DNA from: Rhizophagus irregularis | Lineage: Eukaryota | Assembly (NCBI RefSeq): GCF_026210795.1 | Contig: NC_089433.1 | Span: forward strand, 4,464,001-4,528,000 | Direction: 5' to 3' | Length of the DNA: 64,000 nt | In this document: piece after piece, positions 39,621 to 52,649 of the stretch | How the letters are laid out: every line of letters begins with the position of its first letter | Numbering within the stretch: position 1 is the first letter of the stretch | Notes under the pieces: generated by a model | Seen by the model: only the letters and a program-made list of their open reading frames with translations | Databases searched by the model: none | What the model was told of the DNA's origin: nothing | Program-made: the position numbers and the translations under genes

Positions 39621-39770
39621 AATGAACCTTTACATCCAATTAAAGTAGGCCAACCCTTTGATAGACTGGAAATAGTAGTAAGGTATTCAATAGCAACTAC
39701 AATATATACATATTCCTCTTCTTGTTTTGGGTAGTGGTCCTACAATGTCCAAGTGGCCAGAAGCCCGAGC
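39621..39770 (+). mobile_element. Ty3/Gypsy-type integrase remnant with an internal micro-inversion
   Basis: NEPLHPIKVGQPFDRLEI on +, DIVGPLPKTRRG...VVAIEYLT on -, then KWPEARA on +. This is the start of an rve integrase core. Confidence 0.75.
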
Positions 39771-40898
39771 CATGTTACAGAAAAGCATATTTTTTATAAT
39801 GAGATAAAAATTCAACCCCTTATCAATAGCTTAGATTCTATTGTTATAAATAAACAAGCATTTAACAGAAGAAATGTTAAGTTTCAACAATCTTAGAATT
39901 GATTATGGAAGACTCCTATGCATTGAATCATTATTTGGCACAATTCAATATAATTTATTATTCATGAATATGTTCTCCAAAAGTATAAAAATAAATAGAA
40001 TTATTTATTTTTCATCTCACCAAAAAGTTTTAAAAAAAATAAGAAAAACAAAAAAATTCTTATTCTTTTAAAATTAAAATTTAATTATGAAACAAATTAC
40101 AAATAGTATTAAATAAATGAATCATGGGTAATTTTCATATTTTGTTGGGTTATATCCTCAATATGTTGAAGAAATAAGTTATAGTATTAAATACATCATC
40201 ATCATGTATGAAAGATGGTAAATGTCAAAAACATTATCCAAAAAACTTTCAAGAAATTAAATGATAATTATCAATTAAAACTTTTGATTGGAATTATGTA
40301 AATCATGAAAAGGAAAAATAAACTACACTATAACTGAAACTGGCATAAGCTATACATCCAGTAGTAGTACATTAGTTTTAATTTCAAATGATAGTAACAT
40401 TTTTTTATATATTCATTTATTAATAGTAAAATGTGATGGAATTTGTTATATAAACATGTTTGAATGATGATTTATCAAAGTAACAAAGTAAAAGTTTTGT
40501 ATGTCATTATTTTGGTCATGGATACAAAGAATGCCAAAATATCGATAAAACCTTTTTATCAAATGATACATGTTTTAACTCCCTATAAAAAATATGTATA
40601 CGGTTTTTATACTGTATATACGTATTTTTGATACAGTTTGCATTTTTACATACGGCATATCAGTATAATGTATACTGTTCGCAAAATGTGCTTAGTAAAA
40701 AATACAATAAAGTATACGGTAAACATACTGTGTGATACGGTATATTAAATTCATACGTCTATAACGTATATCATTTCTACTGTATATCAGTATTTTGTAT
40801 ACGGTTCACAAAAATATTGTAAATAAAGGATACGGTATTCGTATTATTCTACAGTATATTAAAATTCATACGTTTATAACATATTTTCTACAGATATA

Positions 40899-42840
40899 TA
40901 CAGGTCAAATAAATAAAAATCAGATTTTTGCCCTTTTTAATATGGCTGTCTGATTTTTTGGCAATTTTAATATAATATTTCCGATTTTAATAAATATTTC
41001 TGATTTTAATATAATATTTCTGATTTTTAACATGAAATTGCCGATTTTTGGTTATTTGTAATAGGATTTTTCAATTTTAATATGTAACATGTGATTATGT
41101 ATTACGGTTTAATATTTATTTATTAACTTAGATTTTTTTTTATTTCAGTTATAATTATTTTTTTGCCTTAAAAACTTTACTAAAATACTTTTTAAATACT
41201 TTATAAAATAGAATTAAAATATTTTTTTTCTTAAATATAAATACATTTAAATTAAATAACTCATAATTTAAAATATAAACAAATATTATATTTTTTTTAC
41301 ATATATTTCAAAGTATGGTTTGAGCATTTTGGCTGAAGTAAATCTTATTCTTTTAATTAAAAGTAGTTTAGTAAGTTTAAAACTGTTAAGATCATAAAAG
41401 TACAGTTAATATTTTTGGAATTATTTACATTTTTTATATTATACAGTAGTATTAAGTTACAAATTTTTTTACCTTCAGAGCGTATTTTGAGATCTTTAGC
41501 CAAAGTAAATCAACTTCTTATATTAATTGTAAGTTGTTCGGCAGGTTAAAATCTACTTGGATATTAATTTTCACGAAGGTACAGTTAATACTTGATGAGT
41601 TATTTACAATTTTCACAACAGTACTCATTCACGACTTTTATTTTTTTCATTTTGTCACTCCAGAGCGTATTTTGAGCACTTTATCCAAAGTAAACCAACT
41701 TCTTATATTAATTGAAAGTTGTTTAGCATGTCAAAATCTACTTGAATATTAATTTTCACGAAGGTACAGTTAATACTTGATGAGTTATTCACGATTTTCA
41801 CAATGGTACTCATTTACGAATTTTATTTTTTCCGTTTTGTCACTTCAGAGCGTATTTTGAGCACTTTAGTCAAAGCAAATCGACTTCTTTTATTAATGCA
41901 AAGTTGTTTAGCATGTCAAAATCTACTTGAATATTAATTTTCACGAAGGTACAGTTAATACTTGATGAGTTATTCACGATTTTCACAATGGTACTCATTT
42001 ACGAATTTTATTTTTTTCCGTTTTGTCACTTCAGAGCGTATTTTGAGCACTTTAGTCAAAGTAAATCGACTTCTTTTATTAATTGAAAGTTGTTTAGCAT
42101 GTCAAAATCTACTTGGATATTAATTTTTACGAAGGTACAGTTAATACCTGATGAGTTATTCACGATTTTCACAACAGTACTCATTTACGAATTTTATTTT
42201 TTTCCGTTTTGTCACTTCAGAGCTTATTTTGAGCACTTTAGTCAAAGTAAATCGACTTCTTTTATTAATTGAATGTTGTTCGGCAGGTCAAAATCTACTT
42301 GGATATTAATTTTTACGAAGGTACAGTTAATACCTGATGAGTTATTCACGATTTTCACAACGGTACTCATTTACGAATTTTATTTTTTCCATTTTGTTAC
42401 TTCAGAGCGTATTTTAAGCACTTTAGCCAAAGTAAATCGACTTCTTTTATTAATTAAAAATTGTTCAGCAGCTTAGAATCTACTTGAATATTTATTTTAA
42501 TGAAGGCACAGTTAATATTTGTGGAGTTATTAATTTTTTATAATTGTGCGTATTACATTAAATTACAAGTAAATTTATATTCTTAATGTATTTTGTTTAA
42601 AATTTAATTATTTAACATTAGTTTTTTATTTAATATTGCTTAATAAAATATTTTTTAAATTTTAATTCAATATTATAATATAATTTTTTATAAAAATATA
42701 TATTTCATAATGTATATACAATTTTTTTGTATAGTGAAAAAACTGAAAAATGTGGTTAAGAATTGGTAATACAGCTGTAAAAAGTCACAAATCGGACAAA
42801 TATAGCTAAAATCAGCCAATTTTTATTTATTTGACGTGTG
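40899..42840. mobile_element. Nested CACTA-like element inside the 5.9-kb element
   Basis: tacaggtcaaataaataaaaat ... atttttatttatttgacgtgtg inverted ends flanked by ATA on both sides; GATTTT-type subterminal repeats at 40920-41050. Confidence 0.7.
41300..42530. repeat. ~185-bp tandem repeat, about 6 copies
   Basis: gaaggtacagttaata anchor (last copy gaaggcacag) at 41575, 41760, 41945, 42131, 42317 and 42502. Confidence 0.92.
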
Positions 42841-43048
42841 ATAGAGTAAGTTTTTCTACACTTTAAAGCATCAAACAATACTAGTATCTGCTAATATATA
42901 CTACCCAAAAACTCACTGATGTAAAATCACAATTATTAAAAAATTCACAAGAATTTTTGTTAATACTGTTTAATTTTTAAGTTCAAAGTCCGATTGATAA
43001 TACTAAATTCAAAACTCAATTATAAATCATTTTTATAAATTATAATTT

Positions 43049-43840
43049 AAAAATTAAGCAGTATTAAGGAAAATTCTCATGAATTTTTCTTAATACTACT
43101 TAATTCTAATTTAACCAATTTAGTATTAAGGTTTTAATTTAAAAATTAAGCAGTATCAAGGAAAATTCTTGCGAATTTTTCTTAATACTGCTTAATTCTA
43201 ATTTAACTAATTTAGTATTAAGGTTTTAATTTAAAAATTAAGCAGTATCAAGGAAAATTCTTGCGAATTTTTCTTAATACTGCTTAATTCTAATTTAACT
43301 AATTTAGTATTAAGGCTTTAATTTAAAAATTAAGCAGTATCAAGGAAAATTCTTGCGAATTTTTCTTAATACTGCTTAATTCTAATTTAACTAATTTAGT
43401 ATTAAGGCTTTGATTTAAAAATTAAGCAGTATCAAGGAAAATTCTTGCGAATTTTCCTTGATACTGCTTAATTCTAATTTAACTAATTTAGTATTAAGGC
43501 TTTGATTTAAAAATTAAGCAGTATCAAGGAAAATTCGCAAGAATTTTTCTTAATACTGCTTAATTCTAATTTAACTAATTTAGTATTAAGGTTTTAATTT
43601 AAAAATTAAGCAGTATCAAGGAAAATTCTTGCGAATTTTTCTTAATACTGCTTAATTCTAATTTAACTAATTTAGTATTAAGGCTTTAATTTAAAAATTA
43701 AGCAGTATCAAGGAAAATTCTTGCGAATTTTTCTTAATACTGCTTAATTCTAATTTAACTAATTTAGTATTAAGGCTTTGATTTAAAAATTAAGCAGTAT
43801 CAAGGAAAATTCTTGCGAATTTTTCTTAATACTGCTTATA
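43049..43840. repeat. 92-bp tandem repeat (9 copies), each with a ~54-bp hairpin
   Basis: aaaaattaagcagtat starts at 43049, 43141, 43233, 43325, 43417, 43509, 43601, 43693 and 43785. Stem aattaagcagtatcaaggaaaattc / gaatttttcttaatactgcttaatt. Confidence 0.95.
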
Positions 43841-44937
43841 TCTGCCAATTCGTGAAATTAGCCAAACATAAAGATTTGCACATTTTAACAAGAATTATGT
43901 TTCACAAGCTTAAATTGTATGTGTTACATAATCAGATGATCTAAATCTATCAAAAAATAAAAAAAATTTTTTAACGTTTATTCAAAAATAACAATGGCAA
44001 CTACTTTCTTTTTCAATCACTTTTCAATCACTTTTCAATCAGATTTTTGTTAGGTGACTTAGAAAAGTTTATAGGCATATATAGCAGGTTTTTTTTAATC
44101 AGTAAGTAAGAAAACAAATATTAATAATTTTATTAATAAGAAAAATCTTTTTTCATTTATTTTTAACCTTATTTCCTTCTTTTTTTTAGTAAAAATATAT
44201 ACAAAATAAAAATGTGAGTTATGATTTAGAGTTTTTGAGATGTTTTTTTTTGTTTTTTACTATACTAATTTTATTCTACTTGTTAATTACTTTTTAAAAT
44301 TGATTTTATTAATTTATTCAATTTAAAACAGAAATGGCAAATAAAAACTTGTTAAGTAAAGTAAAAAGAGCCCAATAATACCTGTAAAGATCATCTTTTG
44401 GTAAGAATTATAATTTTAAAAATTTTTGTGTCAGAGTTTTATTCAATTAACAAAATCGTTAATATCTCGGCGCACATGTATGCTAAACACATATATTTAT
44501 ATTCATATGAAAGCCCAGAATCTACTCTACCTGAACGAAAAAAGATTATTCAAATCGAATTACTAGATGTGAAGATATTAACGATCAAAGTCAAAGGTTA
44601 AAAATAAATATATTGAACGTAATTATTCAGCAACTTGTGATCCAATTCATGTGATATTTGGTTTATGGATAGCTCTTGATTACCTCTTTCTAATGAATAT
44701 AAATTCATTCGTCTAGCACACATACACGTTAAGTTATTCAATATTTTGTCATGACAATTATATTTAAATTTTTTAATTTTAATGATATTATTAAAAAAAT
44801 CAAAAAATAATATAATCAAATCAATTTTATTTATATCAGCGGTGTGAATCTATCATTTTCATGTAAATTGTATTAGCATTTTCTTAATAAAGTTAGTTTT
44901 TTGAATATAAAAACTTAATTCCATAAATCAGCCCATA

Positions 44938-45200
44938 TGTTAATTCTAATTTAACTAATTTAGTAGTATTAAGGCTTTAATTTAAAAATTAAGCAGTATC
45001 AAGGAAAATTCTTGCGAATTTTTCTTAATACTGCTTAATTCTAATTTAACTAATTTAATATTAAAGCTTTAATTTAAAAATTAAGCAGTATCAAAGAAAA
45101 TTCTCACAAATTTTTCTTAATTCTAATTTAGCTAATTTAGTATTAAGGCTTTAATTTAAAAATTAAGCAGTATTAAGAAAAATTTTTACAAATTTTCTTA
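44938..45200. repeat. Further 2-3 degenerate copies of the 92-bp hairpin repeat
   Basis: Same unit resumes after ~1.1 kb of unrelated sequence. Confidence 0.85.
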
Positions 45201-48200
45201 TTAAAAAAAAGAACTTTTAAATTACTAATTAAACTTTAAAAACAATCTGTATGATTTAAATTTTAAAAAAAATACTTCTGCTTTTTAATTTTCGCATTTC
45301 TATATTTAACCAATTAAAATTCAGCTGATCGCCGATCACATGCATTAATAACACGTTATTGTTTATTTTTTGTTTATTTTTTCAAAAATATTCTTTTCTC
45401 TTCTTTTTTTTTAGAAAAAAAAAGACAATAAAAATGAATACCAAAATTATTTTAACATATAATAATAAAAATTAAATAAAAAACTTATTTTGATAATATA
45501 TAATATATATATTTGTACCAAACTACTAATTATACAAAAAGTGATATGCACGTATATCAATTAACAATTACTTTCACTAATATCTCACTGGAATTGTAAT
45601 GGTGAATTTTAACAATATTAATTAAACAACTATATATACACCGTTTTATGTTTTTATTTTTGCATTAATATTATATGTTAACATATATTAATTATATTTT
45701 TTTTTACTTTTATGTATTTTATTTAATTTTTTTAATATATTACTAACATTACTACTATCGTTTTATTACTTTTTTATATCTAACTAATATATTAATAATA
45801 TTACTAACTTTTTATTATTTCTTTTTTATATTTAAAATAATGATAATATTACTAATTAAATTTCTTTTTTTTTACTAACCTTTTATTATTCCTTTTTTAT
45901 ATTTAAAATAATGATAATATTACTAATTAAATTTCTTTTTTTTTGTTTATATTTTGCTAATATTATTTTTTTTACAAATAGTATATTATTTTATACTAGT
46001 TTTTTATTTATATTATTTATAAAAAAATATTTGTATATTTAATATTATTTAATAAAAATTTTATTGATTATAAATGCATTTTAAATTCTGTTTGCAAATA
46101 TAAAATATACGATTTAATTGAATAATATATACTATTTATCAGTACAAAATATGCAGTTTAAACTGGAAAAAAGTACTGTTTATCAGTATAAAATATACGG
46201 TTTATCCTGGAAAAGTATACTGTTCGCAATATAAAATATAAAACAATATACTGTTTATTGGTATAAAACATACGGTTTTTCTACTGTTTACAAGTATAAA
46301 ACATACGGGTGAAACTGGAAAAATATACTGTATGCAAACCGTATATATGATACGGTGTGCAGAATACCGAATATATACAGTATGTGAAAATACTGTAATT
46401 ATACGGTAATAATACTATAAATATACTGTTCGCAAAATACGAAAATACAGTATACTAACCGTATATATATTTTTTATAGGGACTGTTGGAAATGAGCAGA
46501 AAATAATTTCAAACAAGATGAGACATTTAATATTATTTAATAATAATATATTATTAGCAATTAAAGTTTAATAGAATTCAAAATCATTTTTGATTTATTT
46601 TTATTATTCCAATGAAAGAAAAATTTGAAAGTCATTGTCAACTTAAAAAATGTCAATTTATATTATTTGGCATTCTAGATTTACAATATACAGAGTTATT
46701 GTTTTCCAGATATGTAAAATGACAGAAAGTTAGAAAGTATGTAATAATAAGAATGATGATAACAATAATAATTATGCAGAATTATAGAGACTAAAGAAAC
46801 ACACAAAGTAGAAGTAGAAGATGAAGCAGAAGCAGATAGAGAATTACAAGAAAGTGAAAAAAGAAGAGGAAGACGAAATAGGAGAAGAAGAAGGCGAAGG
46901 AAATTATTATAGCACAGATAATGATATGAAAGAAAGAAATAGAATGGATTTCTGATAAAACACTACCACCATTTGTTTAATATAAATAAAATAAGCACAA
47001 ACAATTACATTACTACAATCCATAATAATAAATATTTTTATGGAATTAAATTAAAAAAAAATGCAACAAATCCAATGATAGATGCAGCAATTGGATTCAA
47101 ATCTTACAGCATTCTATATGGAAAATAACAATAAATTAAACTAAATAATACACTAAAGACTCAAATGCAGCAAGCTTCCGAAAGCAAAAATGAAGATAAT
47201 GACATATGAGTAATAATCAACAACAAGTAAAACTTAGAAAAAAATTCAAATAATTAAAATAACCAACTTATGTTCTTAATATTTTATATACAGGATGTGC
47301 TATAAAGCTATTACAGTGAGATTACCAAGTTGATTACATGGTAAAAAACCTGAAAATAATTATGACTATACATAGGTTGTGATTGTATAGAAATCTCTTA
47401 ATTAATTATAGGAAGTGTGTGTTATTATATGAGGTTTAACTGTATTCAAATTTAGTATAAATTTGAAGTTTTAAAGTTGACCAGCTTATGAATGTTGAAT
47501 TCTAGCCATAGAAGAAAGATAAAACCATTAAACTGATTAAAGTCATGGTGGAAAATAAATTCTACACAGAAATTTTACTTACTTCACTGGGAATATCCAA
47601 TTTGTCAAATTTGCAGTAGATTATTACACTTTTTCATTTATTTTGGATGATACCCTACCTATCAACAAAATCTTTATTTAAAGTATCATGATGTTAATGG
47701 ACAAATAACACAGCTCACGCTGATAATATAGGATGGCATTTATATATACAAATAAATTTAAATTTCTTGCAGCTTACTTATTCTATTGCAAGGTCAAATT
47801 TTATCATTGTTTAATGCATATTAGCAATATTATTATCAATTCTTCTAAAGTTGCTGAAAGATAGAGTGTGGAAATAAGAGTAACCAATGATGATTCTAAC
47901 ATCATGATATTGTTAAAATATATATTCTTATGATAGCAATGTGATGATTATTAAGTGGCAAGATGAGACTTTCGAAGTTGCTACAGAATGCAGAGAAATG
48001 CCTCATCTATAATTAGTATCAAGGTACACAATATTGAAAAAGACAAATCAAATGATAATACATTAAATGAAAGAATTTTACAAAATGTAATACTAAGGAG
48101 AAGGATAGCAAAGAAAAGCCTGCCAAGAAATGGATAAGGACTTGCTTTTGCATTATTTCAATTTTATATTTACAAAAAAATATTCAAAAAAAAATATCAA

Positions 48201-50243
48201 AAAATATAAAAAAATGTAATTTCAAAAAAAAGGAAAAATCAAATCTTACCAAATTATATTAAATAAAAGATATAAAATCAAATTCATAATCAAATAATTT
48301 TTTTTAATAACTCACAAACAATATAATTACTTTGAATATCAAAAATTTTTATTAAATTAACACCATTCTTTGAGATATATTTTTAAATATACTATACATT
48401 GATATAGATGACAATTATAATTTGATGGTAATGATGATGACATATCCCATAGACAAATTTTTTCCCAAAAGCAGTAAGAATCTATAGTTCCAGTTCCAAA
48501 TCCCATAAACAAATTTTCCCAAAAGTTCAACAAGGAATCTGGAAGTTCCAATTTCTCAATTGTATAAATCAATGAAGAAGTTGTTCAGCAGGCTGAAACT
48601 ACTAGTGTTGAAGTTTTCATAGAAAATCAAGATTTTAATAATGGTACCCTATTGAATTTTTCTTTTTTCCAGTTACTAACTTCAGAGTAATCACACATGT
48701 ATTTGCATAGTTAGGACTTAGGATATTAGAAAACATTAACTGAATACTTTATTTATATGGGTTTTCCTATTAAAAGTTCTCATTTATAATTTTTTTTTTA
48801 TATAAGTATTAGCTTTCCTTTATTTTTAGAATGATTTATTACATTAACTTGGGATAAAAGTGCTTAATAATGCATTTATCTTTGAGATTGCTGATTAATA
48901 GTACATAGTCTAATAAATAAATGAGTAATGTTTATGTAAACTATTACTATTTATAGATATTTATATAATTAAAAGCAAAGAGTTTAATTTAATATAAATT
49001 TATTTTGTATTTGTAACAAAAAAGTATTATAAAAATCAAAGTTATTAGCTAAATTTTTGGTCAAATAATTGGTCAAGCAGTAGGATTTAAGGTAGTTAGT
49101 CAAAGTTAATCAATCAAAGTGTCAGTCAAACTGATTCTTTTGAGGTTATTAAAAGACTTTCCTAACAAACAGTATAAAACAATTCTTAAATATTATTAAT
49201 GATTATTCCATATATACTGTAACCTTTGAGAGTAATGAATTTTGGTTATGTAAATTTTTTTTTTTGGTTTTTACAATCATCATAATTGGCATTTAACGCT
49301 TGAGCTGCCTAGTTATATTGGCAAATTGCAAAAATTAAATACCTGAGTTAATTAAATTCAAATATTAGATAGAGTACTTAATATATTATTACAAGAATAT
49401 TACGATCAAAAAGAAATAAGTCATTATATTTATAGGTTAATAAAAATCTTTTTAAAATATGAAAAATCGACGTATGATTTTTTTTTTAACAAAAAAGTAA
49501 TTCAATTATAAATCGGAAAATCACAAGTTTGAAAAAAGTGAGCAAGTTTGTAATTTTTTTGTAATAACAAAAAAATCACGAGTTTTCTATTTTATAAAAG
49601 AAATAAAATATTTAATTATTTCATCAAAATACACAAATTTTTTTCAAGTTTTAGTCTTAATTTACTATCAATTTTTATATGTTGGAACGTATTTATGAAA
49701 GTAGATTTATAAAAATGTATAAATTATAAAAATGTATAAATTAAATTAAATGAAACAGGACCAAATAGATATGTTAATATTTTGTTTTAGTGCGATAACT
49801 TTTTTTTAGGAAAAAGAGTTTATATACCCCGTTCGTCTCAAGGCAAGATTCAAATAAATATCTGAAATTAAACATTTTTCCATATTTACAATTGAATAAA
49901 TATTTCATCGAAATACGTTACAAATTATTTCTATCTTATTGTCTTTTTATCTTTATTAGAATTATAAATAGTGCTGAAATGTTGATGTTTATAATTTTTG
50001 GATATTTTCTTTATTGAATTATATCGTGATATTTAATTTATCTTTGAAAACCAAATCATAATTAAATAAAATACATATTGTATATGTAGAACAAATAAAA
50101 TATAAACAAAATAAGTTGATTTCATTATGCATAGGCAATAGTTCAGAATAAATCTTCGTTTAAATTTTCTCAAAATCGAAATTTGTGACGCATAATAAAT
50201 TCTAGTCAAAATTAAATAATAATCCAGGTGTAATCTATAGATG

Positions 50244-50524
50244 CAGGACCCGAAATATTTTTGTTTTATATTATATTTAGGCTAAAAAAAAAATATTCAA
50301 AAAATGAATCATTCCACATATTATATAGAATATCTAAATATGCAGTACAATCATTTTTTCAGGGCCGGAATTATGATAATTTCGGTCAGTATCCAAAAAA
50401 GGTAATAGCTTCCACTAGGAATTATCTATAAAAGGAAAGATTTCATGATTTTTTTTTTTTGACTGGTTGTAACGTAAATAACGCAAACTCGAACTTGACC
50501 TTTTTATGTATATTTCGGGTCCTG
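50244..50524. mobile_element. MITE with 15-bp perfect TIRs and a 6-bp TSD
   Basis: tagatg|caggacccgaaatat ... atatttcgggtcctg|tagatg. Confidence 0.85.
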
Positions 50525-51452
50525 TAGATGCGAATATGACTTTCGATAGTTTAATAAATAAATAATTATGGGGTTATGGAGGCTGATATTATTATTAAAA
50601 TTTAAAATATGTTTACGATCAGTAACGGTACCGAAATGTAACGTAACCGATTTAAGTGCTACCTTAATCATCAGAAATCAGACACCAGATTAATTTAATC
50701 AAAATCAAACGCCAAATCTGCCAAATTTTACTCTCACGGGAAGGCAGTGGAGGCAGTGCTATGCGAGATTTTTAAGCCACTTACGCAATATTAAGCCTTA
50801 TTACTACAAAATATAAAATTTATTAAAAAAAAATAATAAAATCATGTCAGCAACATACTTGTGATGATGTCTACAATATTTTTTTTTTTTTGAAAAATTT
50901 ATATGAAATTTTTTTAATGTTGACATATTCAAATTTTGCCGTTGTACCAGAATTTCTATCAGACCAATCAAAATATCATCAGATAGTTAAATTATAAATC
51001 ATTATGTTACTAAAAAGCTCATGTTAAAATAAATCTGACATGAAAATGATCGTCATTTTAATTTTGGTGATATTTTCTAAATAGAAGGTAAATATTTACA
51101 AGTGTAAACGAAGATGTACTGCTTACAGAAAAAAAAAATCGTTTAATTGTTACCAGCTTAATAAATAGACTTAATAGTGATAAAAGCCATAAGATAAAAA
51201 TAGTAAAATAAAAATAGTGCATTTTCATCCAATCGGTTGGTCCTGTGACCAAAATTACAATATGATGTAATCTAACCATAATAGTGAAAAGCGAATACTC
51301 ACGCCATTATTTTTACGGGGAGTACAGGTTTATCCAAAAATTTAGTAACACCTTTAAAGTGTTACACGACATCATGTAATTTAATAAATATATACGCCAC
51401 GATAATTTTTTTTCTTAAAAAACTCCCGTTGAATTTGTTAAAGATTAACAAA

Positions 51453-52649
51453 ATGCAACTTCCTATTGATTGCCTTAATAATATTTTTGAACATTTAGAA
51501 AGTGATAAAGTTACTTTGTATTCATGTTTATTAGTCAATCGACTTTGGTGTAAACTTTCCGTCAGAATTTTATGGAGTAAAATTAGAAATTACAATACTT
51601 TAATTTCTTGTCTTCCGAATGAATCAAAAGAAATCTTACTTAATAATGGAATTTTAATAACAAATTCAAAACCTCCAATATTTAATTATGCATCATTTTG
51701 TAAATTTCTATCAATTTATGAAGTTAATTATAATATTAAGAATATTCTTAAAAGAAGATATTTTATTTCTGTTCAAAATTTAGACGATAATATTTTTATT
51801 GTATCACAGGAAATATTTAAACTTCTTATGGGACAAATTCCTTCTTTAAGAAAAATAACATTTTTAGGTTGGTCATTAAAACATATTACAAATTTTACTT
51901 CATATTCTGGAGCTAGAGATTGTTTAAAAAATTTAACAGAATTATATTGTTATTCAAGTATTCGTACCGAATTTTTTTATCAATTATCTCAAGTATGTCA
52001 TACTTTAAAAACACTAAAAATAATATACAAAAAAGTCATTTCAAGTGGATTGGTTGATTTAGTATCCGTTCAACAAAATTTAAAATATATGTGTATGTAT
52101 CGATTTGGTCTTCATAAAGATTTGAAAGATACAATTAATTTGATATCAAAAATTCCTAATACTTTAATTTCAATAAATATTTATGGGGGAAGAATGCATC
52201 CAAATATTTCATTATCATTTATATCTAGATTCACTAAATTACAAGAACTTATATTAACATTTTATAGTAATGAACCTTATAGAGATTTTAGTAATTTACA
52301 ATACGATATTTTTCCATATTTACAACGTTTAGAATTTAAAAGAGAATGTCCTGATAATGATTCATTAGTAAATTTTTTGGAAATTAATGGAAAAAATTTA
52401 AAAGAATTTTATGTTAGAAATAGTAATAATTTATTAAATTTAGCTATAATTAAATTTTGTCCAAATCTTAGAAAACTTTCTACTAAATTTAGTAATGATG
52501 AATTAGATACGTTAAAATTTATTCTTAATACTTGTCAATATTTAGAAACTATTGATATTTTTTGTAAAGAATATATGAATGATTTAAATTTAATTGAGAT
52601 TGTTATGAAAAATGTACCTAAAATTCATTATAAAATCATTTTAATATAA
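51453..52649 (+). CDS. F-box / RNI-like leucine-rich repeat protein, intronless (~398 aa)
   Basis: MQLPIDCLNNIFEHL...LYSCLLVNRLWCKLSVRILW F-box-like start, then the PPIFNYASFCKFL motif and LxxL repeats (FCPNLRKL). First ATG at 51453. Confidence 0.9.
   Translation: MQLPIDCLNNIFEHLESDKVTLYSCLLVNRLWCKLSVRILWSKIRNYNTLISCLPNESKEILLNNGILITNSKPPIFNYASFCKFLSIYEVNYNIKNILKRRYFISVQNLDDNIFIVSQEIFKLLMGQIPSLRKITFLGWSLKHITNFTSYSGARDCLKNLTELYCYSSIRTEFFYQLSQVCHTLKTLKIIYKKVISSGLVDLVSVQQNLKYMCMYRFGLHKDLKDTINLISKIPNTLISINIYGGRMHPNISLSFISRFTKLQELILTFYSNEPYRDFSNLQYDIFPYLQRLEFKRECPDNDSLVNFLEINGKNLKEFYVRNSNNLLNLAIIKFCPNLRKLSTKFSNDELDTLKFILNTCQYLETIDIFCKEYMNDLNLIEIVMKNVPKIHYKIILI

Larger units (their letters stand above)
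40581..46481. mobile_element. 5.9-kb non-autonomous CACTA/CMC-like element
   Basis: ~37-bp TIRs (ccctataaaaaatatgtatacggtt... / ...aaccgtatatatattttttataggg) and a 3-bp TSD ACT (40578-80, 46482-84). Many TATACGG/TATACTG subterminal repeats at both ends; no transposase ORF. Confidence 0.85.

Noticed and set aside
37500..40500. Scattered coding-like fragments, also at 46500-49200 and 63050-63430
   Set aside because: Too degraded to assign by eye, apart from the integrase remnant.
41534..42476. Three similar short ORFs (STWILIFTKVQLI...)
   Set aside because: They are translations of the 185-bp tandem repeat, whose period mostly breaks the frame.
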